Assembly: GCA_035554875.1 (NCBI GenBank)
Contig: DATMHP010000032.1
Location: 1-61,147, forward strand
DNA: 61,147 bases
From: Sphingomicrobium sp.
GTDB taxonomy: Bacteria; Pseudomonadota; Alphaproteobacteria; Sphingomonadales; Sphingomonadaceae
Direction: 5' to 3'
This document shows, piece after piece, positions 26,720 through 37,818 of the stretch; within the stretch, counting starts at the first letter, position 1, and each line of letters opens with the position of its first letter. The position numbers and the translations under genes were made by a program. Below the pieces are notes generated by a model. That model made no database searches. It had not been told where the DNA came from and was given only the letters and a program-made list of their open reading frames with translations.

Positions 26720-27205
26720 ATGGCAGTAAGTGTAGGACCAGCCGAAGGCGAAGAAGAAGCCATGTCGGACATCAACGTCGTTCCTCTGACCGACGTGATG
26801 CTGGTGCTCCTGATCATCTTCCTGATCACGGTTCCGGTGGTCATCCAGAACGTGCCGGTGAAGCTTCCGTCGGTTCGCTATGAACCGACGGTCACGAAGC
26901 CGGAAAACGTCTCGCTCTCCGTGAGGGGCGCCAAGGACGGCAGCTGCGAAGTGTATTGGAACCTCACGCGGGTCGACAGCCAGGAGCTGCTCGATCGCGC
27001 GGTGAAGAAGCTGAAGGACCAGATCGACAAGGTCGGCGGCGTTCAGAATCTCACCGAGGAGAATATGCCCGAAGCGCACATCCGCGGTGACATCAATACG
27101 CCGTACCGCTGTATTGGCGGCACCATTTTCGCAATGCAGCGCGCAGGTTTCGCGCGGATCGGATTCATCTCCGAGCCGGCGCCGCTCGCTGGCGTTCGCG
27201 AGTAG
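26720..27205 (+). CDS. exbD: ExbD/TolR
   Basis: DINVVPLTDVMLVLLIIFLIT, HIRGD. Confidence 0.92.
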   Translation: MAVSVGPAEGEEEAMSDINVVPLTDVMLVLLIIFLITVPVVIQNVPVKLPSVRYEPTVTKPENVSLSVRGAKDGSCEVYWNLTRVDSQELLDRAVKKLKDQIDKVGGVQNLTEENMPEAHIRGDINTPYRCIGGTIFAMQRAGFARIGFISEPAPLAGVRE

Positions 27206-27217
27206 GAGTTCCCCGCA

Positions 27218-27652
27218 ATGTCGATGCAATCCACGGGCGACAACCCATCCGGCGATCCGATGCTGGACATCAATGTGACGCCGCTGATCGACGTCCTCCT
27301 GGTGCTCCTGATCATGTTCATCATCACCATCCCGCCGCAGACTCATGCCGTGAAGCTTGACCTTCCGCAGGACACGACCAACACGCCGCCTCCGCCGATC
27401 CTTCCGACCAAGAACAAGGTCGTGATCACCGGAAGCGGGCAGATCCTGTGGAATGGCACCCCGGTGACCCCGCAGCAGCTGCGCCTGTACCTCGATGCCA
27501 CGCAGCAGATGGATCCGATTCCGGAGCTCCACCTGCAGCCGGAACCGAACGCCCGCTACGCGCTGGTCGATGAGGTCCTTGCGATCACCAAGCGTGCCCA
27601 CGTGGAAAAGATGGGCTTCGTCGGAAACGAGGCCTACGCGGCCGCTTTCTAA
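27218..27652 (+). CDS. exbD: ExbD/TolR (second copy)
   Basis: DINVTPLIDVLLVLLIMFIIT. Confidence 0.92.
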   Translation: MSMQSTGDNPSGDPMLDINVTPLIDVLLVLLIMFIITIPPQTHAVKLDLPQDTTNTPPPPILPTKNKVVITGSGQILWNGTPVTPQQLRLYLDATQQMDPIPELHLQPEPNARYALVDEVLAITKRAHVEKMGFVGNEAYAAAF

Positions 27653-27675
27653 GCGACGTCGCGAGTTCCTCTGCC

Positions 27676-27708
27676 AAGGGCGGTCCTTCTGGGCCGCCCT
27701 TTTGCTTT
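27676..27708 (+). terminator. Intrinsic terminator of the tonB-exbBDD operon
   Basis: AAGGGCGGTCC-TTCT-GGGCCGCCCTT followed by TTGCTTT. Confidence 0.7.
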
Positions 27709-27754
27709 CCCGACCACTGGCGCTGGCCTCTGGGGCATGTCATGCAGCATCGAA

Positions 27755-29110
27755 ATGACGCAGGTAGCTGATTTCGCAGTCGTGATTCTCGCCGCCGGGC
27801 AGGGCACCCGGATGCGCTCCGACACGCACAAGGTCCTTCACCCGATCGCCTCCCGGCCGTTGCTTCTCCATCTCCTCGACAGGGTCGACGGGATCGGCGC
27901 GAAACGCCGTGTCGTCATCGTCGGCAAGGGACGCGACCAGGTGGAAGTCGCCCTGAACGGCCGTGATGTGGCCGTTGCCCACCAGGCGGAGCAGAAAGGC
28001 ACCGGCCACGCCGTTCTCCAGGCCAAGCCGGCGCTTGATGGCTACGATGGCCCCGTCGTCGTGCTCTATGGAGACGTGCCGTTCGTCGAGGCCGATACCC
28101 TTCGCCGGATGCTCGAACGGCTCGACGGCAGCGATGGTCCCGGTGTGGTCGTGCTGGCGTTCCGGCCCGAGGACCCGGCAGCCTATGGGCGCATCATCCT
28201 CGGCGAGGGCGACCAGATCGCCAAGATGGTCGAATATCGCGATGCCAATCCGGACGAGCGGTCGGTCAACCTGTGCAACTCCGGAATGATGGCAGCACGG
28301 GCGCCGGACCTCTTCCGCTGGCTGGGCAAGGTCAGCAACGACAATGCCGCCGGCGAATATTACCTCCCCGATATCGTCAACATTGCGGCGGCCGAGGGCC
28401 GCGAAGCCGTGGCGATAGAGTGCGACGCCTATGAGGCGACGGGGGTGAACAGCCGTGCCGAGCTCGCCCACCTTGAACTCGAGTGGCAGAGGCGCCGGCG
28501 GGAGCAGGCGCTCCAGGATGGCGCGACGTTGATCGATCCGGAGAGCGTCTGGTTCGCCTACGACACGAAATTGGGCCGCGATGTCACCGTCGAGCCGCAC
28601 GTGGTCTTCGGGCCCGGTGTCGCCGTCGCCGACGGCACGACGATCAAGGCGTTCAGCCATATCGAAGGGGCGACGATCGGGGCAGGGGCCGCAATCGGCC
28701 CGTTCGCCCGCATCCGTCCCGGGACCAGCCTCGCCAATCACACCAAGGTCGGGAATTTCGTCGAGCTGAAAAAGGCGACCGTCGGGCCGGGTGCGAAGGT
28801 CAACCACCTCTCCTACGTCGGGGACGCCGAAGTGGGAGACCGCGCCAACATCGGCGCGGGGACGATCACCTGCAACTATGACGGCTTCGGCAAGTACCGG
28901 ACGATCATCGGGGCCGGGGCCTTCATCGGCTCGAACACGTCGCTTGTGGCCCCGGTCGTGGTCGGCGAAGGCGCGGTCGTTGGCGCTGGCTCGGTCATCA
29001 CAAGCGATGTTGAAGCAGACAGCCTCGCCATCGAGCGCAGCGAGCAGAAGGGCATCGCCGGCTGGGCTCGCCGTTTCCGCGAGCGAATGGCGAGGAAGGC
29101 TGCCGAGTAA
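27755..29110 (+). CDS. glmU: Bifunctional UDP-GlcNAc pyrophosphorylase/glucosamine-1-P acetyltransferase
   Basis: ILAAGQGTRMRS..KVLH, GEYYLPD, hexapeptide repeats, HLSYVGD, CNYDG. Confidence 0.97.
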   Translation: MTQVADFAVVILAAGQGTRMRSDTHKVLHPIASRPLLLHLLDRVDGIGAKRRVVIVGKGRDQVEVALNGRDVAVAHQAEQKGTGHAVLQAKPALDGYDGPVVVLYGDVPFVEADTLRRMLERLDGSDGPGVVVLAFRPEDPAAYGRIILGEGDQIAKMVEYRDANPDERSVNLCNSGMMAARAPDLFRWLGKVSNDNAAGEYYLPDIVNIAAAEGREAVAIECDAYEATGVNSRAELAHLELEWQRRRREQALQDGATLIDPESVWFAYDTKLGRDVTVEPHVVFGPGVAVADGTTIKAFSHIEGATIGAGAAIGPFARIRPGTSLANHTKVGNFVELKKATVGPGAKVNHLSYVGDAEVGDRANIGAGTITCNYDGFGKYRTIIGAGAFIGSNTSLVAPVVVGEGAVVGAGSVITSDVEADSLAIERSEQKGIAGWARRFRERMARKAAE

Positions 29111-29111
29111 C

Positions 29112-30935
<1,824 letters not shown>

Positions 30936-30997
30936 CCACGAAAACTCTGGCTATCTCAATCACTTCCTGTATCCTGCGCGGCGGGCGGAGGTGAGTC

Positions 30998-31870
30998 ATG
31001 GGGTTCCCGCAGCCGGGCGGGCTTCGAATCAGCACCGACAGCGAACCCGACCATGTTTCGGACTTCGCGCGCGACGGATATGCCGTCATCCGGGGCCTGT
31101 TCTCGCCCGATGAGCTCGCTGAAATCGCCGCCGCGACCGACCAGCTTCACGCCGAAGCCTTGGCTCACGGCCGAAGCTTCCGCCACGGCAATCTCTTCTA
31201 CAATGTCGCCGACGGAATGGATGGACGGCCGGTCGTCCGGATGGTGCAATGGCCGTCCTATCACCAGGCGGTGATGAATGCGGTCCGGCTGGACCCTCGC
31301 GTCGTGCGGCTGCTGGAGCCGCTGATCGGCCCGGACCTCAAGCAGATCATCAACCAGGTGCACTGGAAGGCGCCGGGCTCGCTCGGCGATTTTGCGTGGC
31401 ACCAGGACAGCCGGTCGCGGCGACCGGCCTGGGCCTACCGCAACCTCGCCGATTCCTATGTGCAGACCGGCCTCGCCATCGATCCGCACACGCCCGAGGC
31501 CGGAGGAATGCGCTTCATTCCCGGAAGCCACCTGCGCGGCGATCTCGGAATGGATTGTTCGAGGAAAGCGCTGGGGACGCCGTTGACGGACGCGGCGCTG
31601 GAAGACGTCGGCTTATCCTCCTCCGATGCCATCGATCTCGTGCTCGAACCGGGAGATCTGGCGCTCTGGAGCCCGTATCTGGTTCACGGTTCCGGCCACA
31701 ACCAGTCCACTCACAAGCGCCGCTTCTACATCAACGGGTACGTCCGCGCCGAAGATTGCGACCGCGGGGAGCTGGCCTTCCGCCAAGGACGTCCGGTGCC
31801 GCTCGGACCCATTGCCGCACTCGTCCACTACGAAGAGCTTCGCGAGCGCCCCGAACCGCACTACGTGTAG
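30998..31870 (+). CDS. Phytanoyl-CoA dioxygenase (PhyH) family Fe/2OG enzyme
   Basis: FARDGY, WHQD, FIPGSH, VHGSGHN...RR. Confidence 0.85.
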   Translation: MGFPQPGGLRISTDSEPDHVSDFARDGYAVIRGLFSPDELAEIAAATDQLHAEALAHGRSFRHGNLFYNVADGMDGRPVVRMVQWPSYHQAVMNAVRLDPRVVRLLEPLIGPDLKQIINQVHWKAPGSLGDFAWHQDSRSRRPAWAYRNLADSYVQTGLAIDPHTPEAGGMRFIPGSHLRGDLGMDCSRKALGTPLTDAALEDVGLSSSDAIDLVLEPGDLALWSPYLVHGSGHNQSTHKRRFYINGYVRAEDCDRGELAFRQGRPVPLGPIAALVHYEELRERPEPHYV

Positions 31871-31874
31871 GCGC

Positions 31875-32258
31875 ATGAAAGTTCAGGGCGGATGTCACTG
31901 CCGGGCTGTGCGGTTCGAGGCGGAAATGCCTGAGCCGCCGGCGCCCGCGCTCGACTGCAATTGCTCGGTGTGCCGGATGACCGGCTATCTCCACATCAAT
32001 GTGCCGCACGAGAAGTTCGAGCTTCTGACCGGGCGTGACGCGCTCGCCAGCTACCGCTTCGGGACGGGAGCGGCGCAGCACCTCTTCTGCAAGCATTGCG
32101 GGGTGAAGAGCTTCTATCAGCCGCGGTCGCACCCCGACTGCTGGAGCGTCAACGCCAATTGCCTCGATGAGCCGGTGGAGCTGGTCGTCGAGAATTTCGA
32201 TGGCCGCGACTGGTCGGCGGCAAAAGCGAAACTCGACGCGGGGCAGGGCGGCGGCTAG
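31875..32258 (+). CDS. GFA/CENP-V family Zn protein
   Basis: GGCHCRAVRF, CNCSVC, HLFCKHCG; start at ATG 31875. Confidence 0.9.
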   Translation: MKVQGGCHCRAVRFEAEMPEPPAPALDCNCSVCRMTGYLHINVPHEKFELLTGRDALASYRFGTGAAQHLFCKHCGVKSFYQPRSHPDCWSVNANCLDEPVELVVENFDGRDWSAAKAKLDAGQGGG

Positions 32259-32267
32259 GCCGCGCCG

Positions 32268-33296
32268 ATGCATCGCCCGCTCCGCCTCAGGCTCGACCGC
32301 GCCGCGCTCCAGCACAACTGGCACTGGCTCGAGGACCGCGCGGGCGTCCCGGCCGGTGCCGCCATCAAGGCCGATGGCTATGGCTTTGGCGCTCGCGAAA
32401 CCATGCGGGCACTTCACGACGCCGGCTGCCGGACGTTCTTCGTCTCGACCTATGCTGAGGCGGAGGATCTGGGCCCGGTACCCGGCGACAGCTCGCTCGT
32501 GGTGCTCCACGGCGTCGGGCCGGAGGACGTAGACACTGCGGTTCAGTCCGAAGCTCGCCCGGTGCTCAACAGTGCCGAACAGGTTGCGCGGTGGAAGGCA
32601 ATTGCTCCCGATCGCCCCGCCGATGTGATGATCGATACGGGCATGAACAGGCTCGGGCTTCGGCCTGAAGAAGTTGCCGCGGTCGAAGGCCTGACCATCG
32701 ATACCCTCCACAGCCATCTCGCGTGCGCCGACGAGGATTCGCGGATGAATGCGCGCCAGCTGACCGACTTCCGGGAGGTCGTGGCCGCGGTTCCGGCGAA
32801 GCGCCGCGCGATGGCGAACTCCGCAGGGATTTGCCTTGGCCACGATTACAGCTTCGACCTCGTTCGTCCCGGCCTCTCTCTTTACGGCGGCGTTCCGCGA
32901 CCCGAAGCCGCAGGCGCAATCCGCCAGGTCGCGCGCGTTGACGCACAGGTCGTGCAGCGCCGTCGCATCCGTACCGGCGAGAGCTGCGGCTATGGCGCGA
33001 CCTTCGTGGCCCCCACGGACACCGAAGCGGCGATCGTCAACATTGGCTACGCCGATGGCTATCTGCGTGGCTTCTCAGCCCGGGGAAATGCTTTCGCAGG
33101 CGAGTTCACGCTTCCGGTCCTGGGCCGTGTGTCCATGGACCTGGTCGCCCTTGGCTGCGACGCTGCAACTGAACTCAAGGAAGGCGATTGGGTCGAGCTC
33201 GACTATGACCTTCCGACCGCGTCGGAGGCCTCGGGTCTCACCCAATATGAGCTTCTGACGACCCTCGGGAGCCGCTTCGAGCGGATTTGGTCTTAG
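32268..33296 (+). CDS. alr: Alanine racemase
   Basis: AIKADGYG, DTGMNRLG, SHLACAD, VRPGLSLYG, GYADG, GRVSMD. Confidence 0.95.
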   Translation: MHRPLRLRLDRAALQHNWHWLEDRAGVPAGAAIKADGYGFGARETMRALHDAGCRTFFVSTYAEAEDLGPVPGDSSLVVLHGVGPEDVDTAVQSEARPVLNSAEQVARWKAIAPDRPADVMIDTGMNRLGLRPEEVAAVEGLTIDTLHSHLACADEDSRMNARQLTDFREVVAAVPAKRRAMANSAGICLGHDYSFDLVRPGLSLYGGVPRPEAAGAIRQVARVDAQVVQRRRIRTGESCGYGATFVAPTDTEAAIVNIGYADGYLRGFSARGNAFAGEFTLPVLGRVSMDLVALGCDAATELKEGDWVELDYDLPTASEASGLTQYELLTTLGSRFERIWS

Positions 33297-33301
33297 ACGA
33301 G

Positions 33302-33976
33302 CTAAGCGGCACGTCTCCCAGACGTGCCTGGCTTTGCTCGTGGCTCAGGCGTCTTCGGCGTGTAGCGGCACAGGTCCGCCACCACGCACCGCCAGCATTC
33401 CGGCGTCCGCGCCTTGCAGGTGTAGCGGCCGTGCAGGATCAGCCAATGGTGGGCGTCGCGGCGGAACGGCTGCGGCACGACCTTGTCGAGCTTCGCTTCG
33501 ACTTCGTCCGGGTTCTTGCCGGGGGCTAGGCCCGTGCGGTTGCAGACCCGGAAGACGTGCGTGTCGACCGCGAACGTCTCCTCGCCGAAAGCAGTGTTGA
33601 GGACGACATTGGCAGTCTTGCGGCCGACGCCGGGCAGCGACTGAAGCTCTTCGCGCGTTCGCGGCACCTCGCCGCCGAAATCGCGGATCAGCGCCTCGGA
33701 CAAGGCGATAACGTTCTTCGCCTTGGTGTTGAACAGGCCGATGGTCTTGATCGCGTCGCGAAGCCGGTCTTCGCCGAGCGCGACCATCTGGCGCGGGGTC
33801 CGGATACTCTTGAACAGCGGTCGGCAGGCAATGTTGACGCTGGCATCGGTTGCCTGGGCTGAGAGGACGACGGCCACGAGCAGCTGATAGGTGTTTTCGG
33901 ACTCGAGCTCGGTTGTCGGCGATGGATTGTCCTCTGCCAGGCGCCGGAAGAACTCGAAAACCTGCTCCTTCTTCAT
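33302..33976 (-). CDS. nth: Endonuclease III
   Basis: LSAQATD, HhH LPGVGRKTANV, VDTH, 4Fe-4S motif CKARTPECWRC...C. Confidence 0.97.
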   Translation of the reverse strand: MKKEQVFEFFRRLAEDNPSPTTELESENTYQLLVAVVLSAQATDASVNIACRPLFKSIRTPRQMVALGEDRLRDAIKTIGLFNTKAKNVIALSEALIRDFGGEVPRTREELQSLPGVGRKTANVVLNTAFGEETFAVDTHVFRVCNRTGLAPGKNPDEVEAKLDKVVPQPFRRDAHHWLILHGRYTCKARTPECWRCVVADLCRYTPKTPEPRAKPGTSGRRAA

Positions 33977-34671
33977 CAGCCGGCGATGACGTCGCGCATC
34001 GAATAGAGGCCTGCGGGCCTGCTGACGAGGAAGCGAGCGGCCGCGAGCGCTCCGCGAGCGAAGATCATTCGGCTCTCGGCGCGATGCGACAGGATCAGCC
34101 GCTCCTCCGCTCCGGCGAATATCACGTCATGCTCGCCTGCGACCGTGCCGCCGCGGAGCGAGGCGAAACCGATCGCGCCTTGCTCCCGCTTTCGGCCGGT
34201 GCCGTCGCGGCCGCGTTCGGCGCGCAGCGGCGTGCCGCGGCCCTTGGCCGCCGCCTTACCGAGCGCCAGCGCAGTGCCTGACGGCGCGTCGGTTTTCATG
34301 CGGTGGTGCATCTCAAGGATCTCGATGTCCCAGTCGGGGCCGAGGGCCTTCGCCGCCCGCTCGACAAGATCGGAAAGGACCGCAACCCCGAGAGAAGTGT
34401 TGGGGGCGCGGAGAACGGCGATTGTCTTTGCCGCCTCTGCAATCAGTTGGTCCGCCTGCGCATCGAGGCCGGTTGTTCCTACGAGAATCGGAATGCCGCC
34501 ACTGGCCGCTCGATCGAGGCTCTCCAAAAGCGCTGCGGGTGCCGAGAAATCCACCAGCACGTCGCCATGATCCTGGTCGATTTCGAACCCCTCGGCTTCG
34601 GCAGCCGCGGCGGCAATGGCTTTCCCCATGCGCCCGTTCGGCGCGAACAAGGTGATGCGGACAGCGCTCAT
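33976..34671 (-). CDS. dapB: 4-hydroxy-tetrahydrodipicolinate reductase
   Basis: GRMG, VDFS, GTTG, EMHHRMKTDAPSGTAL, RGGTVAGEH. Confidence 0.95.
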   Translation of the reverse strand: MSAVRITLFAPNGRMGKAIAAAAAEAEGFEIDQDHGDVLVDFSAPAALLESLDRAASGGIPILVGTTGLDAQADQLIAEAAKTIAVLRAPNTSLGVAVLSDLVERAAKALGPDWDIEILEMHHRMKTDAPSGTALALGKAAAKGRGTPLRAERGRDGTGRKREQGAIGFASLRGGTVAGEHDVIFAGAEERLILSHRAESRMIFARGALAAARFLVSRPAGLYSMRDVIAG

Positions 34672-34681
34672 CGCGCGGTTG

Positions 34682-35428
34682 TTAGCCGAGCCGCTCCCGC
34701 AGGGCTAGCGCGGCAGCGGGCGCTCGCACTTTCGCGCCGTTGATCAGGAAGATGTAGCAGTCCCGGCCGCCGTCGGCCCAGCCGCGGATCCGCTCGGCGA
34801 ATTCGTCGAGCTTTGCCGGAGAATAGCCCGTCGGCACGTCCTCATTCATGCATTGCAGGCGTGCGTAAGCGAAGCTGGCCGTATCTGCTTCAATGAGCGG
34901 AAATTCATCGGAATCTTCGAAGACGATGGCGATGTCGCGCTTGCGGCATAGGTCGAAGAAGCGTTCGTCGCGGAAGCTCTCGTGACGAGGCTCCATCGCG
35001 TGGCGGAGCCTGATTCCATCGAGCTCGGCAGGCAGTAGGTCGATGAACGCCGCGATGTCCTCCGGATCGAACTGCCGGCGCGGAGCGAACTGCCACAGGA
35101 CCGGCCCAAGCTTCGGACCGAGCGCGGCGAAACCTTGCGCGAAGAAATTCTGCAGCCCCTCGGAGCACTCCGCGAGACGGGTCCGCGTCACGCAGAAGCG
35201 CGAACCCTTGATTGCGAACTGGAAGTCATCGGGAGCGGTGTCCGCCCACTTCTCCCAGCTCTTCGGGCTCTGGCGCCCGTAGAAGGTCGCGTTGATTTCG
35301 ATCGCGCCGAGCCGGCGAGATGCGAACTCCAGCTCCCGCTTCTGCGGCAAGTCCGGCGGATAGAAGACGCCGCGCCACGGCGGAAAGGTCCAGCCACCGA
35401 TGCCAATGCGAATGCGTCCGCGCGCCAT
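34682..35428 (-). CDS. DUF72 domain protein
   Basis: IGIGGWTF..WRGVFYP, IEINATFY, LWQF, EPRHESF. Confidence 0.9.
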   Translation of the reverse strand: MARGRIRIGIGGWTFPPWRGVFYPPDLPQKRELEFASRRLGAIEINATFYGRQSPKSWEKWADTAPDDFQFAIKGSRFCVTRTRLAECSEGLQNFFAQGFAALGPKLGPVLWQFAPRRQFDPEDIAAFIDLLPAELDGIRLRHAMEPRHESFRDERFFDLCRKRDIAIVFEDSDEFPLIEADTASFAYARLQCMNEDVPTGYSPAKLDEFAERIRGWADGGRDCYIFLINGAKVRAPAAALALRERLG

Positions 35429-35450
35429 TCACAGTCACTAGCATGAGGTG

Positions 35451-35480
35451 GCCGGTTCCGCATCGGTGAGCGGAACCGGC
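35451..35480. other. Stem-loop immediately 3' of the secreted repeat protein gene
   Basis: GCCGGTTCCGC (35451-35461)/GCGGAACCGGC (35470-35480); no U tract. Confidence 0.45.
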
Positions 35481-35486
35481 GCCCGG

Positions 35487-36065
35487 TTACTTGCCCTTCG
35501 GAGTCGTGGTGCTGGCGTCGGCGGCCTGCGGCTCCGGCGTCGCAGTATCGGCGGTGGCTTGCGTCGCCAGCTCAGTGAGCTTGGCCGTGGTGATGCCCAG
35601 CACGGCGCCCTTGTCGCTTCCGGAAACGCCGTTGCGCGGGATGCGCACCGATTTCCCGTCGGCGAGCTTGATCTTCACAAGCGTCTCATCGATCGATTCG
35701 ATCGTGCCGGCGAGCGTTCCGTCGCTGCCGTAGACGTTCGCACCCGGCGTCACGGCCGCACTCGCTGCAGCCATCGCCTGCTCGGTCGCTGCATCGAGCT
35801 GGGCTGCGGTCATTCCGAACAGCAGCTTGCCCTGGTCGGCGGTGAAGGAGGCCAGCGGCAGCTGCACTTCGTGCTTGGCGGTCTTGAGGATCAGCATGTC
35901 GCCCTTGATGCCGGTGACGGTGCCGACCGCGCCGCCGCTCGGATCGACGACCTGCATTCCGGGCTTCACCTCGGCGGGCGTGGCCGCAACGGCCGACGAA
36001 AAGGCCAGCGGCGCTGCGGCGAGGGCGGCGGCGAAGGCCAGCTTTGCGAGTCTACGATGTTGCAT
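35487..36065 (-). CDS. Secreted hypothetical protein with two tandem PRC-barrel-like repeats
   Basis: Signal peptide; repeats VKPGMQVVDPSGGAVGTV and VTPGANVYGSDGTLAGTI. Start at ATG 36065. Confidence 0.75.
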   Translation of the reverse strand: MQHRRLAKLAFAAALAAAPLAFSSAVAATPAEVKPGMQVVDPSGGAVGTVTGIKGDMLILKTAKHEVQLPLASFTADQGKLLFGMTAAQLDAATEQAMAAASAAVTPGANVYGSDGTLAGTIESIDETLVKIKLADGKSVRIPRNGVSGSDKGAVLGITTAKLTELATQATADTATPEPQAADASTTTPKGK

Positions 36066-36177
36066 TGGTTGAAGAATCTCCCGTCCTTGAAACATCCGAC
36101 CACCCTAACAAAAGATAAGGTGGAAGGGCAAATCGAGCACCTCGGCTCGTTTGCCATTCGGCGCTAGGAAGGGCGGC

Positions 36178-36879
36178 ATGGAGAGCATCCGGAACATCGT
36201 GGTCCTGACAGGAGCGGGAGTCTCCGCCGAAAGCGGCCTTGCGACCTTTCGCGGTCCCGACGGGCTTTGGGAGGGGCACCGAGTGGAGGATGTCGCCACT
36301 CCGGAAGCGTTCGTGCGCGATCCGGCGCTCGTCCACGCCTTCTACGATACGCGGCGGGCGAAGCTCGGGACCGTCGAGCCGAATGCGGCCCACGAGGCGC
36401 TGGCGCGGCTCGATACCGATTGGCCTGGAGAGTTCCTGCTCGTCACGCAGAATGTCGACGATCTCCACGAGCGCGCCGGATCGAAGCGGCTCATCCACAT
36501 GCACGGCGAGCTGACGCGCGGCTGGTGCCTCAAGTGCAACGAGCGGTTCGGCTGGAGCGGGCCGATGGGGACCGGCGCCGAATGCCCAAGTTGCGGGGCC
36601 GCGGGATTGGTCCGTCCGGACATCGTCTGGTTCGGAGAGATGCCGTACGAGATGGAGCGCATCGACGAGGCGCTTCGGCATTGCGACCTGTTCGTCTCGA
36701 TCGGCACCTCGGGCGCCGTCTATCCGGCCGCTGGTTTCGTGCAGACCGCTCGCCATTGCGGTGCAGCTACGCTGGAGATGAACCTCGAGCCGAGCATGGG
36801 CAGCTTCCTGTTCGACGAAAGCCGAATTGGTCGGGCGGGAGAGCTCGTGCCCGCTTGGCTCGACGAAATCCTCCGTTAG
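36178..36879 (+). CDS. cobB: NAD-dependent protein deacylase (class III sirtuin)
   Basis: TGAGVSAESG..TFRG, FYDTRR, TQNVDDLHERAG, HGEL, Zn Cys pairs, GTSGAVYPAA. Confidence 0.93.
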   Translation: MESIRNIVVLTGAGVSAESGLATFRGPDGLWEGHRVEDVATPEAFVRDPALVHAFYDTRRAKLGTVEPNAAHEALARLDTDWPGEFLLVTQNVDDLHERAGSKRLIHMHGELTRGWCLKCNERFGWSGPMGTGAECPSCGAAGLVRPDIVWFGEMPYEMERIDEALRHCDLFVSIGTSGAVYPAAGFVQTARHCGAATLEMNLEPSMGSFLFDESRIGRAGELVPAWLDEILR

Positions 36880-36915
36880 TCGTGCTCGCCTGTCCCGCGG
36901 ACAGGCCGCGCGCGA

Positions 36916-37818
36916 CTAATCAGCCCACTCCAGGCCGATGTCCTGGTAAAGGTGCCGGTCCTCGCCCCACTTCGGGTTCACCTTCACGTGAAGGAAGAGG
37001 TGGACCTTCCGCCCGAGATGCTGCGCAATCGCCTCGCGAGCGGCCTGCCCGATCTCCTTGAGCCGCCGCCCGCCCTTGCCGATGACGATCGCCTTCTGGC
37101 TGTCGCGCTCGACCAGGATCTGCTGGCGGATTTCGGTCGAGCCGTCCGGCCGATCCTGCCATGTCTCCGTCTCGACCGCAGACGCATAGGGCAGTTCCTG
37201 GTGAAGCTGCTCGTAGATTTGCTCCCGGGTCAGCTCGGCCGCGACCATGCGGTCCGTAGCGTCCGACACCTCGTCTTCCGGATAGAGCCACGGGCCTTCC
37301 GGCATCGCATCGGCGAGCGCCCGCTTGAGGTCGGCAACACCGTCGCCCTCAGCCGCGCTGATCATGAAGACCTGGTCGGGCTTCAACGGTTCGGTCAGTT
37401 GCGCGGATAGGCCGAGCAGTTTCTGCTTCTTCACCAGGTCGACCTTGTTGAGAGCAATGAAGAGCGGGTGCTGGCGCTTTTCGAGGCCCGCGATCGCCCG
37501 TTCGACCTCGCTTGTGATTCCGTCGTCGGAGTCGACCACCAGCAGGATGAGGTCGGCGTCGTCGGCACCGGACCAGGCCGCCTGCACCATAGCACGGTCG
37601 AGCCGTCGGCGTGGCTGGAAGATGCCGGGCGTATCGACCAGCAGGATCTGAACCGCGCCCTCGATTGCGATGCCCATCAGCCGCGCGCGCGTCGTCTGCG
37701 CCTTGGCCGAGACGATCGCGACCTTTTGGCCGACGAGCGCATTCACCAGCGTCGACTTGCCCGCGTTGGGCGCGCCGATGACAGCCACAAAACCGGCGTG
37801 TGTTTGTGCGTCGCTCAT
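36916..37818 (-). CDS. era: GTPase Era
   Basis: GAPNAGKSTL, QTTR, DTPG, NKVD, KH domain VIGKGG. Confidence 0.97.
   Translation of the reverse strand: MSDAQTHAGFVAVIGAPNAGKSTLVNALVGQKVAIVSAKAQTTRARLMGIAIEGAVQILLVDTPGIFQPRRRLDRAMVQAAWSGADDADLILLVVDSDDGITSEVERAIAGLEKRQHPLFIALNKVDLVKKQKLLGLSAQLTEPLKPDQVFMISAAEGDGVADLKRALADAMPEGPWLYPEDEVSDATDRMVAAELTREQIYEQLHQELPYASAVETETWQDRPDGSTEIRQQILVERDSQKAIVIGKGGRRLKEIGQAAREAIAQHLGRKVHLFLHVKVNPKWGEDRHLYQDIGLEWAD

Noticed and set aside
36178-36879. Sir2 protein as an anti-phage defence effector
   Set aside because: Ordinary Zn-binding CobB deacylase in a housekeeping context.
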